From contig DIAY01000022.1 of assembly GCA_002414905.1 (NCBI GenBank), positions 1-50,677 on the forward strand: a stretch of 50,677 nt of DNA, read 5' to 3'. The translations under genes were made by a program, and so were the position numbers. The stretch comes from Holophagales bacterium UBA5066 (GTDB lineage Bacteria; Acidobacteriota; Thermoanaerobaculia; UBA5066). How positions within the stretch are numbered: position 1 is the stretch's first letter; each line of letters opens with the position of its first letter. The notes below the pieces were generated by a model. It was given only the letters and a program-made list of their open reading frames with translations. It did no database searches and was not told where the DNA came from. Shown piece after piece: positions 34,102 to 44,301 of this stretch.

Positions 34102-34130
34102 AAAGTACGCAGGAGGGGGAGTGCCGTCAA
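34102..34130 (-). promoter_or_regulatory. Candidate promoter TTGACG-17 nt-TACTTT upstream of the GyrB/ParE gene
   Basis: On the minus strand, TTGACG (34130..34125), a 17-nt spacer, then TACTTT (34107..34102). TTGACGGC is repeated at 34102..34095. The implied transcript would be nearly leaderless (ATG at 34089). Sequence pattern only. Confidence 0.25.
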
Positions 34131-34237
34131 GCGGTGGTGGCAGAAGGGACATTCTCCGGCGCGTCGGAGACCCGTTGCCGGACGCCTCGCGGCGCCCCTC
34201 AGACGTGGCTCGTCGCGGCGGCCTGTAACCTCCGCCA

Positions 34238-35248
34238 GTGACCGGCGCCGCCGAAATCCTCGTCCGCCTCTTCGCGCTCTATCGCGACGTCCTCGAGAGG
34301 ACCGGGGCCACGGCGCGGCTCGCGGCGCTTCACGTCCCGATCGCGACCCACGCGCGCCCCCTCGCCGCCCTCCTCGTCGCGGCCACGGCCGTCCTCCTCC
34401 TCTACGCCGCGCTCGCTTCGGGTCGCGACACGCGCGTCCGGTCGTTCCGTACCGCGACTTTTCTCGCCGCCCTCACTCTCCCGCTCGCGGCGCTCCGGCT
34501 CCTCCCCGGGCCGGGAGGGCCGGCCCTCGGCGGGGCCTCGCTCGTCCTCGTCGTCCTCGCGTCGGTGGCGCACCGCGCCATCTCCTCCCTCCGGTCCGAG
34601 GGAACTGCCTCGCGCCTCCTCTCGCGCGTTCGCCTTCTCCTCGAGGCCGTCGGCCTGTCCCTCTCCGGCTTCGCGCTCGCGCTCCTCCTCTCGGACCATG
34701 TCCTCCCCGCGCGCCTCGCCTTCTGGTCTCTTTTTCTCCTCCGCCTCTCCATCGCCGACCTGATCGACCCCTCGCGCCTCGCCGCGGGGACGGGCCTGAC
34801 CCGCTCGGCGGCCCGGGACGTGAAGTCGGCAATGGGGAGGGGCGGGCACTCCGCCCGGCCCGCCCGGCGGCTGCGTCGGGCCCTGGCCGGAAGCGCGAAA
34901 GTGGCGCTCCTGGCCCTCTGGCTCGCCCTCCCCCTCGCTGCCGCGCTCGCCCGGGGCGAGGTTGCGGCGGGCGTGTGGCCGGCCGAAGCCCTGCACCTGC
35001 GCTGGTATCCCCCCGCTGCCCTCGCGCTCACGGCGCTCCTCCTCCTTGGCCAGGCTGTTCGTGCGCTCGGCGAGCGCCGCCTTCTCGAGGCCGCGCGCGG
35101 TGCGGCGGTCGGCCTCGGCACGGCGGCGTGGCTCTTCCTCGTCTTCCGCAACCCGGCGTTCGAGGCGCAACGCCACGCCCTGCCGGGCCTCGTCCTGGCC
35201 GAGACGGTCGCGGGATTCCTGTTCGGGGCCGCCGCGCGCGGGCGCTGA
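34238..35248 (+). CDS. Hypothetical multi-pass membrane protein
   Basis: 336 aa with a GTG start. This frame is strongly GC3-biased and encodes repeated hydrophobic Leu/Ala segments separated by Arg-rich loops. The competing minus-strand ORFs encode Arg/Glu/Gly junk. No family recognised. Confidence 0.55.
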   Translation: MTGAAEILVRLFALYRDVLERTGATARLAALHVPIATHARPLAALLVAATAVLLLYAALASGRDTRVRSFRTATFLAALTLPLAALRLLPGPGGPALGGASLVLVVLASVAHRAISSLRSEGTASRLLSRVRLLLEAVGLSLSGFALALLLSDHVLPARLAFWSLFLLRLSIADLIDPSRLAAGTGLTRSAARDVKSAMGRGGHSARPARRLRRALAGSAKVALLALWLALPLAAALARGEVAAGVWPAEALHLRWYPPAALALTALLLLGQAVRALGERRLLEAARGAAVGLGTAAWLFLVFRNPAFEAQRHALPGLVLAETVAGFLFGAAARGR

Positions 35249-35369
35249 CGAAGGGGGAGTCTCTTCGGCCGCCGTGGTCTCCCGCCCGAGATCGACGAAG
35301 GCTCGGCCGCCCTCGCGCGTGACGTCGTCCACAGGCTCGCCGCGACGCACCCCTGACCGGTCGGTGCGG

Positions 35370-35792
35370 TCAGTCCTTCGCGAGCGCCGCGGTCACGGCT
35401 GCGGCCATCCTCTCGCCCACCGCCGTCTCGAGGCGTCCGGCCGGCCAGTCGATCCCCAGTCCACGCGCGTCGTCGGGCCTGGGGATGACGTGGAAGTGAA
35501 CGTGCGGCACCGCCTGGTGGGCAGCGGCGCCGTTGTTCTGGAGGACGTTGTAGTCGCGCGTCCCGGTCGCGGCCATCACCGCACGCGCGATTCGCGGAAG
35601 GACTCGTCCGATGGCCGCTGCCGACTCCTCGGACAGGGCGTCGAGCGTGATCGCGGGCTCCTTCGGGACGACGAGCGTGTGCCCGGGTGAAAGCGGCGCG
35701 ATATCGAGGAAGGCGAAGACCTTCTCGTCCTCGTAGACCTTGTGGCTCGGGATCTCGCCCCGGATGATCCGCGTGAAGATCGTCTCGCTCAC
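35370..35792 (-). CDS. HIT-family (HinT-like) nucleotide hydrolase
   Basis: 140 aa. N-terminal IFTRIIRGEIPS and the histidine triad HVHFHVIP. The GTG start overlaps the kinase stop (GTGA). Confidence 0.9.
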   Translation of the reverse strand: MSETIFTRIIRGEIPSHKVYEDEKVFAFLDIAPLSPGHTLVVPKEPAITLDALSEESAAAIGRVLPRIARAVMAATGTRDYNVLQNNGAAAHQAVPHVHFHVIPRPDDARGLGIDWPAGRLETAVGERMAAAVTAALAKD

Positions 35793-38575
35793 GGCTTGCC
35801 TCCGGCTTTTCCCTGACCTTCTTTCGACGGGGCCATCTCGACGAGCCAGATGTTGCCGGTCGTCTCGGCGAGCTCGTAGTAGATGGCATCGCCGGCCGGC
35901 GACCAGGAGGGGTAGCGGACGTAGGTGTTGAGGCGTCGGTTCGCCGTCACGGTGTGCTCTTTCCTGCCGTCACGGGAGACCCAGCCGATGTTCCAGACGC
36001 CGTCGTGAAGGCCCGCGAAGGCGATCTTCGACCCGTCCGGCGAGAAGGAATAGGGCCAGTTCTGCCCCGGCCCGCGGGTCAGCTGGACCGGCGATCCTCC
36101 GCTCGCGGGAACCGTGAAGACGTGGACCTCCCCGTTGCGCGTGGCCTCGAAGGCGAGCGTCGTGCCGTCGGGAGACCAGCACGGGAACGCGGCGAGCTCG
36201 CGGTCGAACGTAACCTGCCTCGGCGTCCCCGCCGGGAGCTCGGCCACGAAGACGTTCAGCGTCGTTCCTCCCCGGTTCGAGTGGAAGGCGACCTTCGTGC
36301 CGTCCGGTGAGATGCGCATCGCGTCCTGTCCCGGACCGAAGTCGGCGACCACGTCCTCGCGCCCCGTTGCCAGGTCGAGCGCGAAGAATGCGCGGTGGCC
36401 GCGACGCTGCGACATGAACCCGATCCGGCGGTCGCCGCCGAACCAGTGGGAGTAGTCGTCGTCGGAGGGATCGGTCGTCCGCTGGACGGGGTTTCCACCA
36501 TCGGCGTCGACGATCCAGATGTCCTGGTTCGCGCCGGGCCGCCACCGGCTCAGCGCGAGCTTCTTCCCGTCGTTCGAGACGGCCGGACGCGAGTTGCGTC
36601 CGGTCTCGCGCGTAATCGCCGATTCCGGGCCGCTGGCGTCGCCGCGCCCGTCGACCGGCACCCTCCAGATGTTGCTCGCCATCGTGAGGCCGGCGTAGGC
36701 GAGTCTGGTGCCGTCGCGCGAGACCGCGAGCTGCTTGACCCAGCCGAGCCCCGCGACGGCGAGCGTCGCGATCTCCTCCGGGGCGCCCTGGGCCTTTCCG
36801 GTGGCCGTGGAGATCCTCCGTCGGTAGATCCCCACGCTCCAGCTTTCGGACAAGCACGGGAAAAGGATGGCCCCGCCGTCGGGGTCCCAGACGGGGTCGT
36901 AGCACTGCCCGTTCCCTTCGCTCACCTTCGCGGCGTCCCCGCCACCCACGTCGACGGTCCAGATCTCCGAAGCGGTCCTGTTGTAGCTCGCGAAAGCGAT
37001 CCGCTTACCGTCCGGAGACCAGGCCGCCGCGCCGTGACCGCCGCTCGGGCGCCCGACCTGCGTCAGCGCGCGCGGCGGCGAGCCGTCGAGAGGGGCGATC
37101 CAGAGGACGGAAGGGGGGAGCGCGCCGAGCGAGTTCGCCGCGAAGTCGACTACTGGCCCTGACTCGAAGACGAGGGCCTTGCCGTCGGGCGAGAACGAGG
37201 GACGCGACCCGAACGTCGTCAGCTGGCGCGGCACGCCGCCCAGGGCCGGCACGAGCCAGACGCCACCAACGCTCTTCACGTGGTAGGCGATCGTCTCGCC
37301 GTCGGGCGACCAGGCCGGTGTGAGGTTCTGCCGGCCGTCCGTGGTGAGCTGGATCTCGCGGCTGCCCGGGGCCAGCGGCTTGCGGTAGATCTCGAACCGG
37401 CCCGAGCGGTCGGACGAATAGGCCACGGCCCGGCCGTCCGGGGAGAAGGCGGGAAAGACGTCGAGACCGGTTGACGAGGTCAGCTGAACCGGGCGCAGCG
37501 GCGGGCCCCCCGTGGCTCTTTTCCCTTCCGGGTGCCGTCCTTGCCAGAGAAACACCGCGCCGAAGACGGCCGCGAGCAGGCCTGCCGCCACGGCGAAGAG
37601 CGCGAGCCTTCGACGGCTCCCGGGAACCGGCACCACGGACGGGGGCGCCGATACCGTGGGGACCCGTGCGGACGAGGAGCGCGGGAGCTCGGGGTCACCG
37701 GGCTCCCAGCCCCCGTTGGCCAGCGCCGCCTCGATCTCGGCGGCCATCTCGCGCATCGTGCCGAAGCGCTGCTCCGGATCCTTCGCGAGCGCCCGGTCCA
37801 CGACGTCGGCGAAACCCTTGACGACACCACTTCCGAAGCCGGGAATCGGTGGGTGCCCGAGGTGGAGGATGCCGTACATGACGTCCACCGGCGTCTCCCC
37901 CTCGAAGGGGAGCTTTCCGGCGAGGAGCTCGTAGAAGACGATACCGAGGGAGAAGATGTCGCTGCGCGCGTCGACCTTCTTGCCGCTCGCCTGCTCGGGA
38001 GACATGTACTGCGCCGTTCCGACGACGAGACCGTCGGTCGTGAGCGCAGGCTGGCTTCGCTGCCCGTCCTGGGGAAAGCCCTGGACCTTGGCGAGGCCGA
38101 AGTCGAGAACGCGGATTCTCCCGTCCCGACCGACCATCAGGTTCGACGGCTTGATGTCGCGGTGGAGTATCCCCGCCCCGTGCGCGGCGACGAGCCCCTC
38201 GGCGGCCTGGGCGGTCCACCGCGCCGCCCTCGGCGCGGCGATCGGGCCGGAGAGGAGAAGGTCCTCGAGCGTTTCCCCTTCCACGAACTCCTGGACGAGG
38301 TAGGGGATTCCCTCGTGCTCGCCGACGTCGAAGACCTGAACGAGGTTCGGGTGAGAGAGAGAGGCCATGATCCGCCCCTCGTTCTCGAACCGCGCGCGGC
38401 GGTCGGGGGTGCCGACGAGGTCTCCCGGCAGGGTCTTCAGCGCCACGATCCGGCCGAGCGAAGTGTCCTCCGCACGGTAGACCGCTCCCATCGCTCCGCT
38501 TCCGACGGAGGAGAGGATCCGGTACCGGCCAACGAGAGTACCGGGCCTGAGCGGACGTGAAGATTCCGAGTTCAT
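35789..38575 (-). CDS. Ser/Thr protein kinase with one TM segment and C-terminal TolB-like (PD40) beta-propeller repeats
   Basis: Kinase motifs GSGAMGAVY, VALK, HRDIKPSNLMV, DFGLAK and SPEQ, then TM LALFAVAAGLLAAVFGAVFLW. These are followed by repeated P.WSPDG...AF/AY units characteristic of TolB/PD40 propellers. Start taken as ATG 38575; upstream in-frame starts at 38617 and 38665 are possible. Confidence 0.85.
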   Translation of the reverse strand: MNSESSRPLRPGTLVGRYRILSSVGSGAMGAVYRAEDTSLGRIVALKTLPGDLVGTPDRRARFENEGRIMASLSHPNLVQVFDVGEHEGIPYLVQEFVEGETLEDLLLSGPIAAPRAARWTAQAAEGLVAAHGAGILHRDIKPSNLMVGRDGRIRVLDFGLAKVQGFPQDGQRSQPALTTDGLVVGTAQYMSPEQASGKKVDARSDIFSLGIVFYELLAGKLPFEGETPVDVMYGILHLGHPPIPGFGSGVVKGFADVVDRALAKDPEQRFGTMREMAAEIEAALANGGWEPGDPELPRSSSARVPTVSAPPSVVPVPGSRRRLALFAVAAGLLAAVFGAVFLWQGRHPEGKRATGGPPLRPVQLTSSTGLDVFPAFSPDGRAVAYSSDRSGRFEIYRKPLAPGSREIQLTTDGRQNLTPAWSPDGETIAYHVKSVGGVWLVPALGGVPRQLTTFGSRPSFSPDGKALVFESGPVVDFAANSLGALPPSVLWIAPLDGSPPRALTQVGRPSGGHGAAAWSPDGKRIAFASYNRTASEIWTVDVGGGDAAKVSEGNGQCYDPVWDPDGGAILFPCLSESWSVGIYRRRISTATGKAQGAPEEIATLAVAGLGWVKQLAVSRDGTRLAYAGLTMASNIWRVPVDGRGDASGPESAITRETGRNSRPAVSNDGKKLALSRWRPGANQDIWIVDADGGNPVQRTTDPSDDDYSHWFGGDRRIGFMSQRRGHRAFFALDLATGREDVVADFGPGQDAMRISPDGTKVAFHSNRGGTTLNVFVAELPAGTPRQVTFDRELAAFPCWSPDGTTLAFEATRNGEVHVFTVPASGGSPVQLTRGPGQNWPYSFSPDGSKIAFAGLHDGVWNIGWVSRDGRKEHTVTANRRLNTYVRYPSWSPAGDAIYYELAETTGNIWLVEMAPSKEGQGKAGGKP

Positions 38576-38692
38576 CGGCTGTTCGACATGCTCCCGAGGG
38601 CCCTCGCCAGGGCACATTTCCGAGTCTTCGCAGGATCTTACTCTGGCGTTCCTGGCCAGGAGCACGGCCTATACTCGCGAGCCGAAACGCAG

Positions 38693-39817
<1,125 letters not shown>

Positions 39818-39871
39818 GCGCGTTCGGAGGGGCCTCATCGCCAGCTCCCCCCGGAGCCGGGTCGGCGCGGG

Positions 39872-40660
39872 TCAGCTGCGGCAGCGATCGAGGAAGGCGC
39901 GCAGCTTCGGGAGGAACTCCCCGGGGTGCTCGAGCGGTGCCAGGTGGGCTCCCGGCAGCGTCAGCAGCTCGACCCAGGGCGCGTTCGCCGCGGCTTCCAC
40001 CATCTGCTCGGAGGCGGACGGTGGCGTCAGCTCGTCCTCGTCGCCCACCGCGGCCAGGAACGGAACGGACAGCGTCCCGAGAACGTCGAAGTGGTCGACC
40101 CTCAAGGCCATCCCCCGCTGCTCCGCAGCGGCCGTGACCGGCGGGGTGGCGAGGAACATCGTCCGGACGAGCTGCTCGAGCGCGCCGCCGCGAGACGCGG
40201 GGACGAGGAACTGCGGGAGCATCTTCGCCAGGAGCGGCTCCATGCCGTCCTTTTCGATCGCCGCCGCCGAGTCGGCGCGACGCTCCTTGCCGGCCTCGTC
40301 GTCGGCACTCGCGCGCGAATCGCAGAGGACGAGGCCCCTCAGCCGCGCCCGAAGGCCGGGTCCGAGGCGCGAGAGGAGCTCGAGCGCGACGTAGCCTCCC
40401 ATCGAGAGCCCCATCACGACGAACGGTTCGTCGCCCGGCAGCTCCTCGAGGACGTCCTTCGCGAGAAGGGACATCGCGTGAACGGGCTCGGCCGTACGGC
40501 CCGGCACGCCACGTCCGCGGAAGTTCGGCGCCGTCACGGCAACGCCATCTCCCAGCTGGCCGGTCGCCGCTGCCGCCTTCACGAGGCCCCACATCCGGCC
40601 GTCGAGGGGAAAGGCGTGGAGTGCGAGGAGACGGAGGGACGACGACGTCTCTGAGGTCAT
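39872..40660 (-). CDS. Alpha/beta-fold hydrolase
   Basis: Start ATG 40660 (MTSETSSSLRLLALHAFPLDGRMW). Nucleophile elbow GLSMGG and C-terminal PGAHLAPLEHP. The track ORF N-terminal extension was rejected. Confidence 0.8.
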   Translation of the reverse strand: MTSETSSSLRLLALHAFPLDGRMWGLVKAAAATGQLGDGVAVTAPNFRGRGVPGRTAEPVHAMSLLAKDVLEELPGDEPFVVMGLSMGGYVALELLSRLGPGLRARLRGLVLCDSRASADDEAGKERRADSAAAIEKDGMEPLLAKMLPQFLVPASRGGALEQLVRTMFLATPPVTAAAEQRGMALRVDHFDVLGTLSVPFLAAVGDEDELTPPSASEQMVEAAANAPWVELLTLPGAHLAPLEHPGEFLPKLRAFLDRCRS

Positions 40661-40737
40661 GCCGCGAGAATAGCCCGGCGCGTTCCCGCCAGCCTCTCGC
40701 CCGGAAACGACGCTTCGGAGAGCCGGGCTCCCCGAGC

Positions 40738-42390
40738 TCACTCTCCCGGCTGGGGGAGCCTGTAGACGAGCCCCTTGTCGCTCCCTTCGGAGTGGCTGTC
40801 GCGCAGGGAGAGCCTCTTCAGCTCGGACCGTACGGCGAGCCACTCGCCGAACTCCTTCTGCTCGGTGACGACCCAGCCGTCCGGGTTCTTTCCGAGCCAC
40901 GCGAGGAGGGCCTCAGGCGTCTTCACCCAGTCGACGCCGCGGTCGAGGACGATGAGCGGGTAGCACCGGAACCGGCGGCTCGCGTAGGCCAGAGGCTCGC
41001 CGCTCGAGACGTGCGGACGCAGCCTCTCGTAGAGCGGCCGGGCGGTCTTGCGCGCGTTCAGGGCGGGCAGGCCCTTCGCCCCGAGCGCCGCCTCCGCGAG
41101 CCAGAGCCCGCCGGCGAGGGCGAACGCCGCCCCCGCGATCGCGCGCGGACGCCGGGCAAGGACGACGAGCGCCGCGACCCCACCGAGACCGAGGGGTACG
41201 GCGATCCACGGGATGAGCCCCGCATCGGCAGGGGCCTTCTTCGCCACGACCGGATAGAGAGCGGCAGCCGCCAGGACCAGAACGGCCGCGAGGAACGCGA
41301 GGACTCCCCTCGTAGCCTGTCGCGCCCGTCGCGCCCCGTCGTCCTCCGCCTCGCTCAGGCGCGCTACGAAGAGCGCGAGGACCGCAGCCACGAACGGGTA
41401 GAGGAAGAGAAGGTACTTCCCCTGCTTCGAGCGCGAGATCGAGAGGAGGACGAAAGCAGCGCCGACGGCCCGGAGCACGGAGGCGAGGCGCGGGCTCGAG
41501 GCGATCTCTCCCCGCTTCCAGAGGAAGACGATCGCCACGAGGGCCGGCAGGGTCCAGGGAAAAAAATCGACCCAGACCTTCTCGACGGCGTAGTACCAGA
41601 AGGGTTGGATGTGGTCCCACGCCGCCGCGAACCTCACGAGGTTGTGCCGGATGAGGAGCTCGTAGGCGTAGTCCCACCCGAAGCGGCGGATCGCAAGGAC
41701 GTACCAGGGCGCGGCGACGACCGCCACGACGATCGCCGCGCGCACCGGAAAGAGGGCTCGCACCGGCCGGAACGACCGCGTCGCGACGACCGAGACTCCG
41801 GCCACGACGACCGATATCGCGAGCGCGAGCGGCCCCTTCGTCAGGACGGCGAGGGCGAGGAGGACGTGCCCGCCGAGCGCCAGCCAGGGCCGTGGCTCGT
41901 CTTCGTTCTCGAGCCGGAGCTGGACGAGGAGAGCCCCGGCGAGGAGTCCCGAGAAGAGGGCGTCCATCTGGAGGAACTGCGCCTGCCAGAAGGTGATCGG
42001 CGCGACCGCGATCGCTGCTCCGGCCAGCCATCGTTGGCGGGTGGCTCCGAGCCAGGCGGCGGTCCGGACGCCGACAAGGACGAGGAGCACCGCCCCGAGG
42101 AGCGAAGGGACCCGGCTTCCGAATGGCGTGAGGCTGCCCCCGGTGAACAGGGTCGTGGCGGCGACCGCCCAGTAGGTCAGGATCGGCTTCTCGGGGAAGG
42201 GGATGCCGTTCTGGTAGGGCACGACGAGGTCGCCACGTTGCAGCATCTCGCGCGTGTGCTGGGCGTAGTCGGGCTCGTCGGGCCGCCAGTAATCGCGTCC
42301 CCACGCGGCGATCGCCGCGGGCAGCAGGGCTGCTGCAACGAAGAGCGCCAGGAGGACGAACAGCACAGGCTTTCGGCCAGGCAGGGTCAT
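40738..42390 (-). CDS. ArnT/PMT_2-like (GT83/GT39) polyprenol-phosphate-dependent glycosyltransferase
   Basis: 550 aa. The N-terminal loop DEPDYAQHTREMLQRGDLVVPYQNGIPFPEKPILTYW is the classic ArnT-family motif. About 11-13 TM segments and a short soluble C-terminus. Confidence 0.85.
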   Translation of the reverse strand: MTLPGRKPVLFVLLALFVAAALLPAAIAAWGRDYWRPDEPDYAQHTREMLQRGDLVVPYQNGIPFPEKPILTYWAVAATTLFTGGSLTPFGSRVPSLLGAVLLVLVGVRTAAWLGATRQRWLAGAAIAVAPITFWQAQFLQMDALFSGLLAGALLVQLRLENEDEPRPWLALGGHVLLALAVLTKGPLALAISVVVAGVSVVATRSFRPVRALFPVRAAIVVAVVAAPWYVLAIRRFGWDYAYELLIRHNLVRFAAAWDHIQPFWYYAVEKVWVDFFPWTLPALVAIVFLWKRGEIASSPRLASVLRAVGAAFVLLSISRSKQGKYLLFLYPFVAAVLALFVARLSEAEDDGARRARQATRGVLAFLAAVLVLAAAALYPVVAKKAPADAGLIPWIAVPLGLGGVAALVVLARRPRAIAGAAFALAGGLWLAEAALGAKGLPALNARKTARPLYERLRPHVSSGEPLAYASRRFRCYPLIVLDRGVDWVKTPEALLAWLGKNPDGWVVTEQKEFGEWLAVRSELKRLSLRDSHSEGSDKGLVYRLPQPGE

Positions 42391-42600
42391 TGCGGTGCCT
42401 CTATGGTGGCCCGGGACCGTTGTCGCTCGGCGACGTGGTTGGGGGCGTCGGCCGCGCGCCCCCCTGTGCCCGGAAAAGTCTGGTTAAGGCGCCGCGATTC
42501 TGACGCTTAGCCCTCCGTCTGGCAACGGAATCGGCGGACCGTCGCCATCCTGCTCCGCGGAACCCGGGCATGGATTCGCCTGACCCCTCCGCAGCCGACG

Positions 42601-42625
42601 AAAAAAGGCCGCCCGAAGGCGGCCT
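42601..42625 (-). terminator. Rho-independent terminator downstream of the tRNA pair
   Basis: The minus strand reads AGGCCGCC-TTCG-GGCGGCCT followed by TTTTTT, immediately after tRNA-Arg. Confidence 0.8.
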
Positions 42626-42636
42626 GATCTCGTGGG

Positions 42637-42714
42637 TGGTGCGCCCGCCGCGATTCGAACGCGGGACCTTTAGATCCGGAGTCTAACGCTCTATCCGGGC
42701 TGAGCTACGGGCGC
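42637..42714 (-). tRNA. tRNA-Arg (anticodon CCG), CCA encoded
   Basis: The reverse complement folds as a cloverleaf: GCGCCCG-TA-GCTC-AGCCCGGAT-AGAGC-G-TTAGA-CTCCGGA-TCTAA-AGGTC-CCGCG-TTCGAAT-CGCGG-CGGGCGC-A-CCA. The anticodon loop is CU-CCG-GA. Confidence 0.9.
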
Positions 42715-42736
42715 GTATTCGAAAGAGCGGTGAAAT

Positions 42737-42813
42737 TGGGGTGAGAGACGGGGATCGAACCCGCGACCACCGGAACCACAATCCGGCGCTCTACCGACTG
42801 AGCTACTCTCACC
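42737..42813 (-). tRNA. tRNA-His (anticodon GTG) with encoded G-1 and CCA
   Basis: Reverse complement: G(-1)-GTGAGAG-TA-GCTC-AGTCGGTA-GAGC-G-CCGGA-TTGTGGT-TCCGG-TGGTC-GCGGG-TTCGATC-CCCGT-CTCTCAC-C-CCA. The extra 5' G opposite discriminator C is the tRNA-His hallmark. Confidence 0.9.
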
Positions 42814-42871
42814 GCGCTCATTCGGACGGCGGAGAATATCAGAAACGCCGCGTCCCGCCAGCCCCGCCGGG

Positions 42872-44203
42872 GTGGCATCCTTCCGCACCATGACATCTGC
42901 CGACGGCACGACACCGGCTGCGGCTCCCTCCGAGGGCGCACTTTCGAACCGGATCCTCCTCGGGCTCCTTCTGGGCGCGATCTGCGGCATCGGCGCGAAC
43001 CTCTTCCTCGTACCTCGCGTCCCCGAAGTCGTCGAGGCCGCGAATCACTGGGTCTTCGTGCCGGTCGGACAGATCTTCCTCCGGATGCTCTTCATGGTCG
43101 TCATCCCGCTCGTCTTCAGCTCTCTCGCCCTCGGCGTTGCGAGCCTCGGGGACCTGAAGCGGCTCGGCCGGGTGGGTGGCCGGACGATGGGCTACTTCCT
43201 CTCCGTGACGGCTTTCTCCGTCGCGATCGGGCTCGTCCTGGTCAACGTCCTGCGGCCCGGCGAGGGGCTCCCGGCCGATACCCGGGACAAGCTCCTGGAG
43301 ACCTACCGCGGCGAGGCGGCCTCGAAGATGGAATCGGCAGGGAAAGCGGAGTTCGGCCCGTCGCTCCTCGTCAACATCGTGCCGCGCAACCCCGTGGAAG
43401 CCGCGGCGAAGGGCGACATGCTCCCGGTCATCTTTTTCGCCCTGCTCTTCGGCATTGGCGTCACGAAGCTCGCACCCGAGAAAAGCGGCCTCTGGATGAA
43501 GCTCCTCGAAGGACTCGCCGACGTCACTGTCGTCATCATCGGGATGGCGCTGAAGATCGCGCCGTTCGGCGTCTTCGGGCTGATCTTCTCGGTCACGTCC
43601 CGCTTCGGCTTCGACATCCTGCGGCAGCTCCTCCTGTTCGTCGGCACCGTCCTGCTCGGCCTGGCGCTACTCATCCTCGTCGTCTACCCGGCCCTCCTCC
43701 GCTTCCGGGCCGGGGTCTCGCCCTGGGCCTTCCTGAAGAAGATGCGGCCCGTGATGATCACGGCGTTCTCGACGAGCTCCTCGGCCGCCACGCTCCCGAC
43801 GACAATCGAGGTCTCCGAGCGCGATCTCGGCGTCCCCCCGCAGATCGCCGGCTTCGTCCTCCCGCTCGGAGCCACGCTGAACATGAACGGGACGGCGCTG
43901 TTCGAGGGGATCGCCTGCGTGTTCCTCGCGCAGGTCTTCGGGGTCCACCTCAACCTCGGCCAGCAGCTCTTCGTCATTCTCCTCGCGGTCCTCACCGCCA
44001 TCGGCACCGCGGGCGTTCCGGGCGGCTCCATCCCTCTTCTCGTCCTCGTCCTCACCTCTGTCGGCGTCCCCGCCGAGGGGATCGCCGTCATCATCGGCGT
44101 CGACCGCCTTCTCGACATGGCCCGCACCGTCCCGAACGTCATCGGCGACGCCTCCTGCGCCGTCTACGTCGCAAAGAAGGAAGGCTTTACCCTGAAGATC
44201 TAG
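42872..44203 (+). CDS. Dicarboxylate/amino acid:cation symporter (DAACS family, GltP/DctA-like)
   Basis: 443 aa. Characteristic blocks PLVFSSL, ITAFSTSSSAATLPTT, PLGATLNMNGTALFEG and AGVPGGS...DRLLDMARTVPNVIGD. GTG 42872 or ATG 42890 could be the start. Confidence 0.9.
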   Translation: MASFRTMTSADGTTPAAAPSEGALSNRILLGLLLGAICGIGANLFLVPRVPEVVEAANHWVFVPVGQIFLRMLFMVVIPLVFSSLALGVASLGDLKRLGRVGGRTMGYFLSVTAFSVAIGLVLVNVLRPGEGLPADTRDKLLETYRGEAASKMESAGKAEFGPSLLVNIVPRNPVEAAAKGDMLPVIFFALLFGIGVTKLAPEKSGLWMKLLEGLADVTVVIIGMALKIAPFGVFGLIFSVTSRFGFDILRQLLLFVGTVLLGLALLILVVYPALLRFRAGVSPWAFLKKMRPVMITAFSTSSSAATLPTTIEVSERDLGVPPQIAGFVLPLGATLNMNGTALFEGIACVFLAQVFGVHLNLGQQLFVILLAVLTAIGTAGVPGGSIPLLVLVLTSVGVPAEGIAVIIGVDRLLDMARTVPNVIGDASCAVYVAKKEGFTLKI

Positions 44204-44236
44204 ATTCGGGGTCTCGCGGGTCTCGGGGTCGGTCTC

Positions 44237-44301
44237 GGGGTCTGGTCTACGCTCTACACTCTACGGTTCTGTCGCAGAGTAGAAAATCAAGACCTGACCC
44301 C
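44237..44301 (-). repeat. Small hairpin element, copy B (short version), overlapping the gmhA stop
   Basis: The minus strand reads GGGGTCAGGTCTTGATTTTCTACT...AGACCAGACCCC, with the same 24-mer and 12-mer as copy A. The arms pair at 11 of 12 positions. It sits in the 83-nt convergent gap between the DAACS gene and gmhA and supplies the last five gmhA codons (GVRS-stop). Degenerate extra arm copies (GGGGTCGGTCT, CGGGGTCTCGCGGGTCT) lie at 44207-44236. Confidence 0.6.

Noticed and set aside
30742-35322. 1526-aa plus-strand ORF, the longest in the track
   Set aside because: It is antisense to three recognisable genes (PIG-V-like, GyrB/ParE and part of the GT39-like gene). It is extremely Arg/Pro/Gly-rich, especially in its second half. 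It is a stop-codon-poor antisense frame, not a gene.
34199-35889. Minus-strand ORFs of 383 aa and 495 aa overlapping the hypothetical membrane protein gene 34238..35248
   Set aside because: Both encode highly charged Arg/Glu/Gly/Pro repeats, and the 495-aa one also overlaps the HIT gene out of frame. The plus-strand frame has the expected G/C third-position bias and coherent TM segments.
38669-38674. TATACT hexamer upstream of the HtrA gene as a -10 box
   Set aside because: No acceptable -35 lies at 16-18 nt. It would leave a leader of only about 12 nt without an SD. This is too weak to report as a feature.
40621-42510. 629-aa plus-strand ORF, and the similar antisense ORFs 11883..12935, 12957..13997, 23854..25506, 25503..27479, 27784..29046, 28976..30274, 37532..38560, 45204..46454 and 45964..47568
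   Set aside because: Each is the mirror frame of a gene with clear family motifs on the other strand. None shows motifs, signal peptides or TM patterns of its own.
42391-42600. 210-nt gap upstream of the ArnT-like gene, examined on both strands for an SRP (4.5S), 6S or other housekeeping ncRNA
   Set aside because: I could not find the SRP domain IV GGAA tetraloop / AGCA motif arrangement or any other signature I recognise. Only scattered short complementary segments are present. It is most simply the promoter/5' region of the glycosyltransferase gene. A cmscan would be needed to say more.
42637-42813. The tRNA-His/tRNA-Arg pair as a possible genomic-island integration site
   Set aside because: There is no integrase, no direct repeat of a tRNA 3' end and no compositional shift on either side. 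The flanking genes (ArnT-like and the DAACS transporter) look native.
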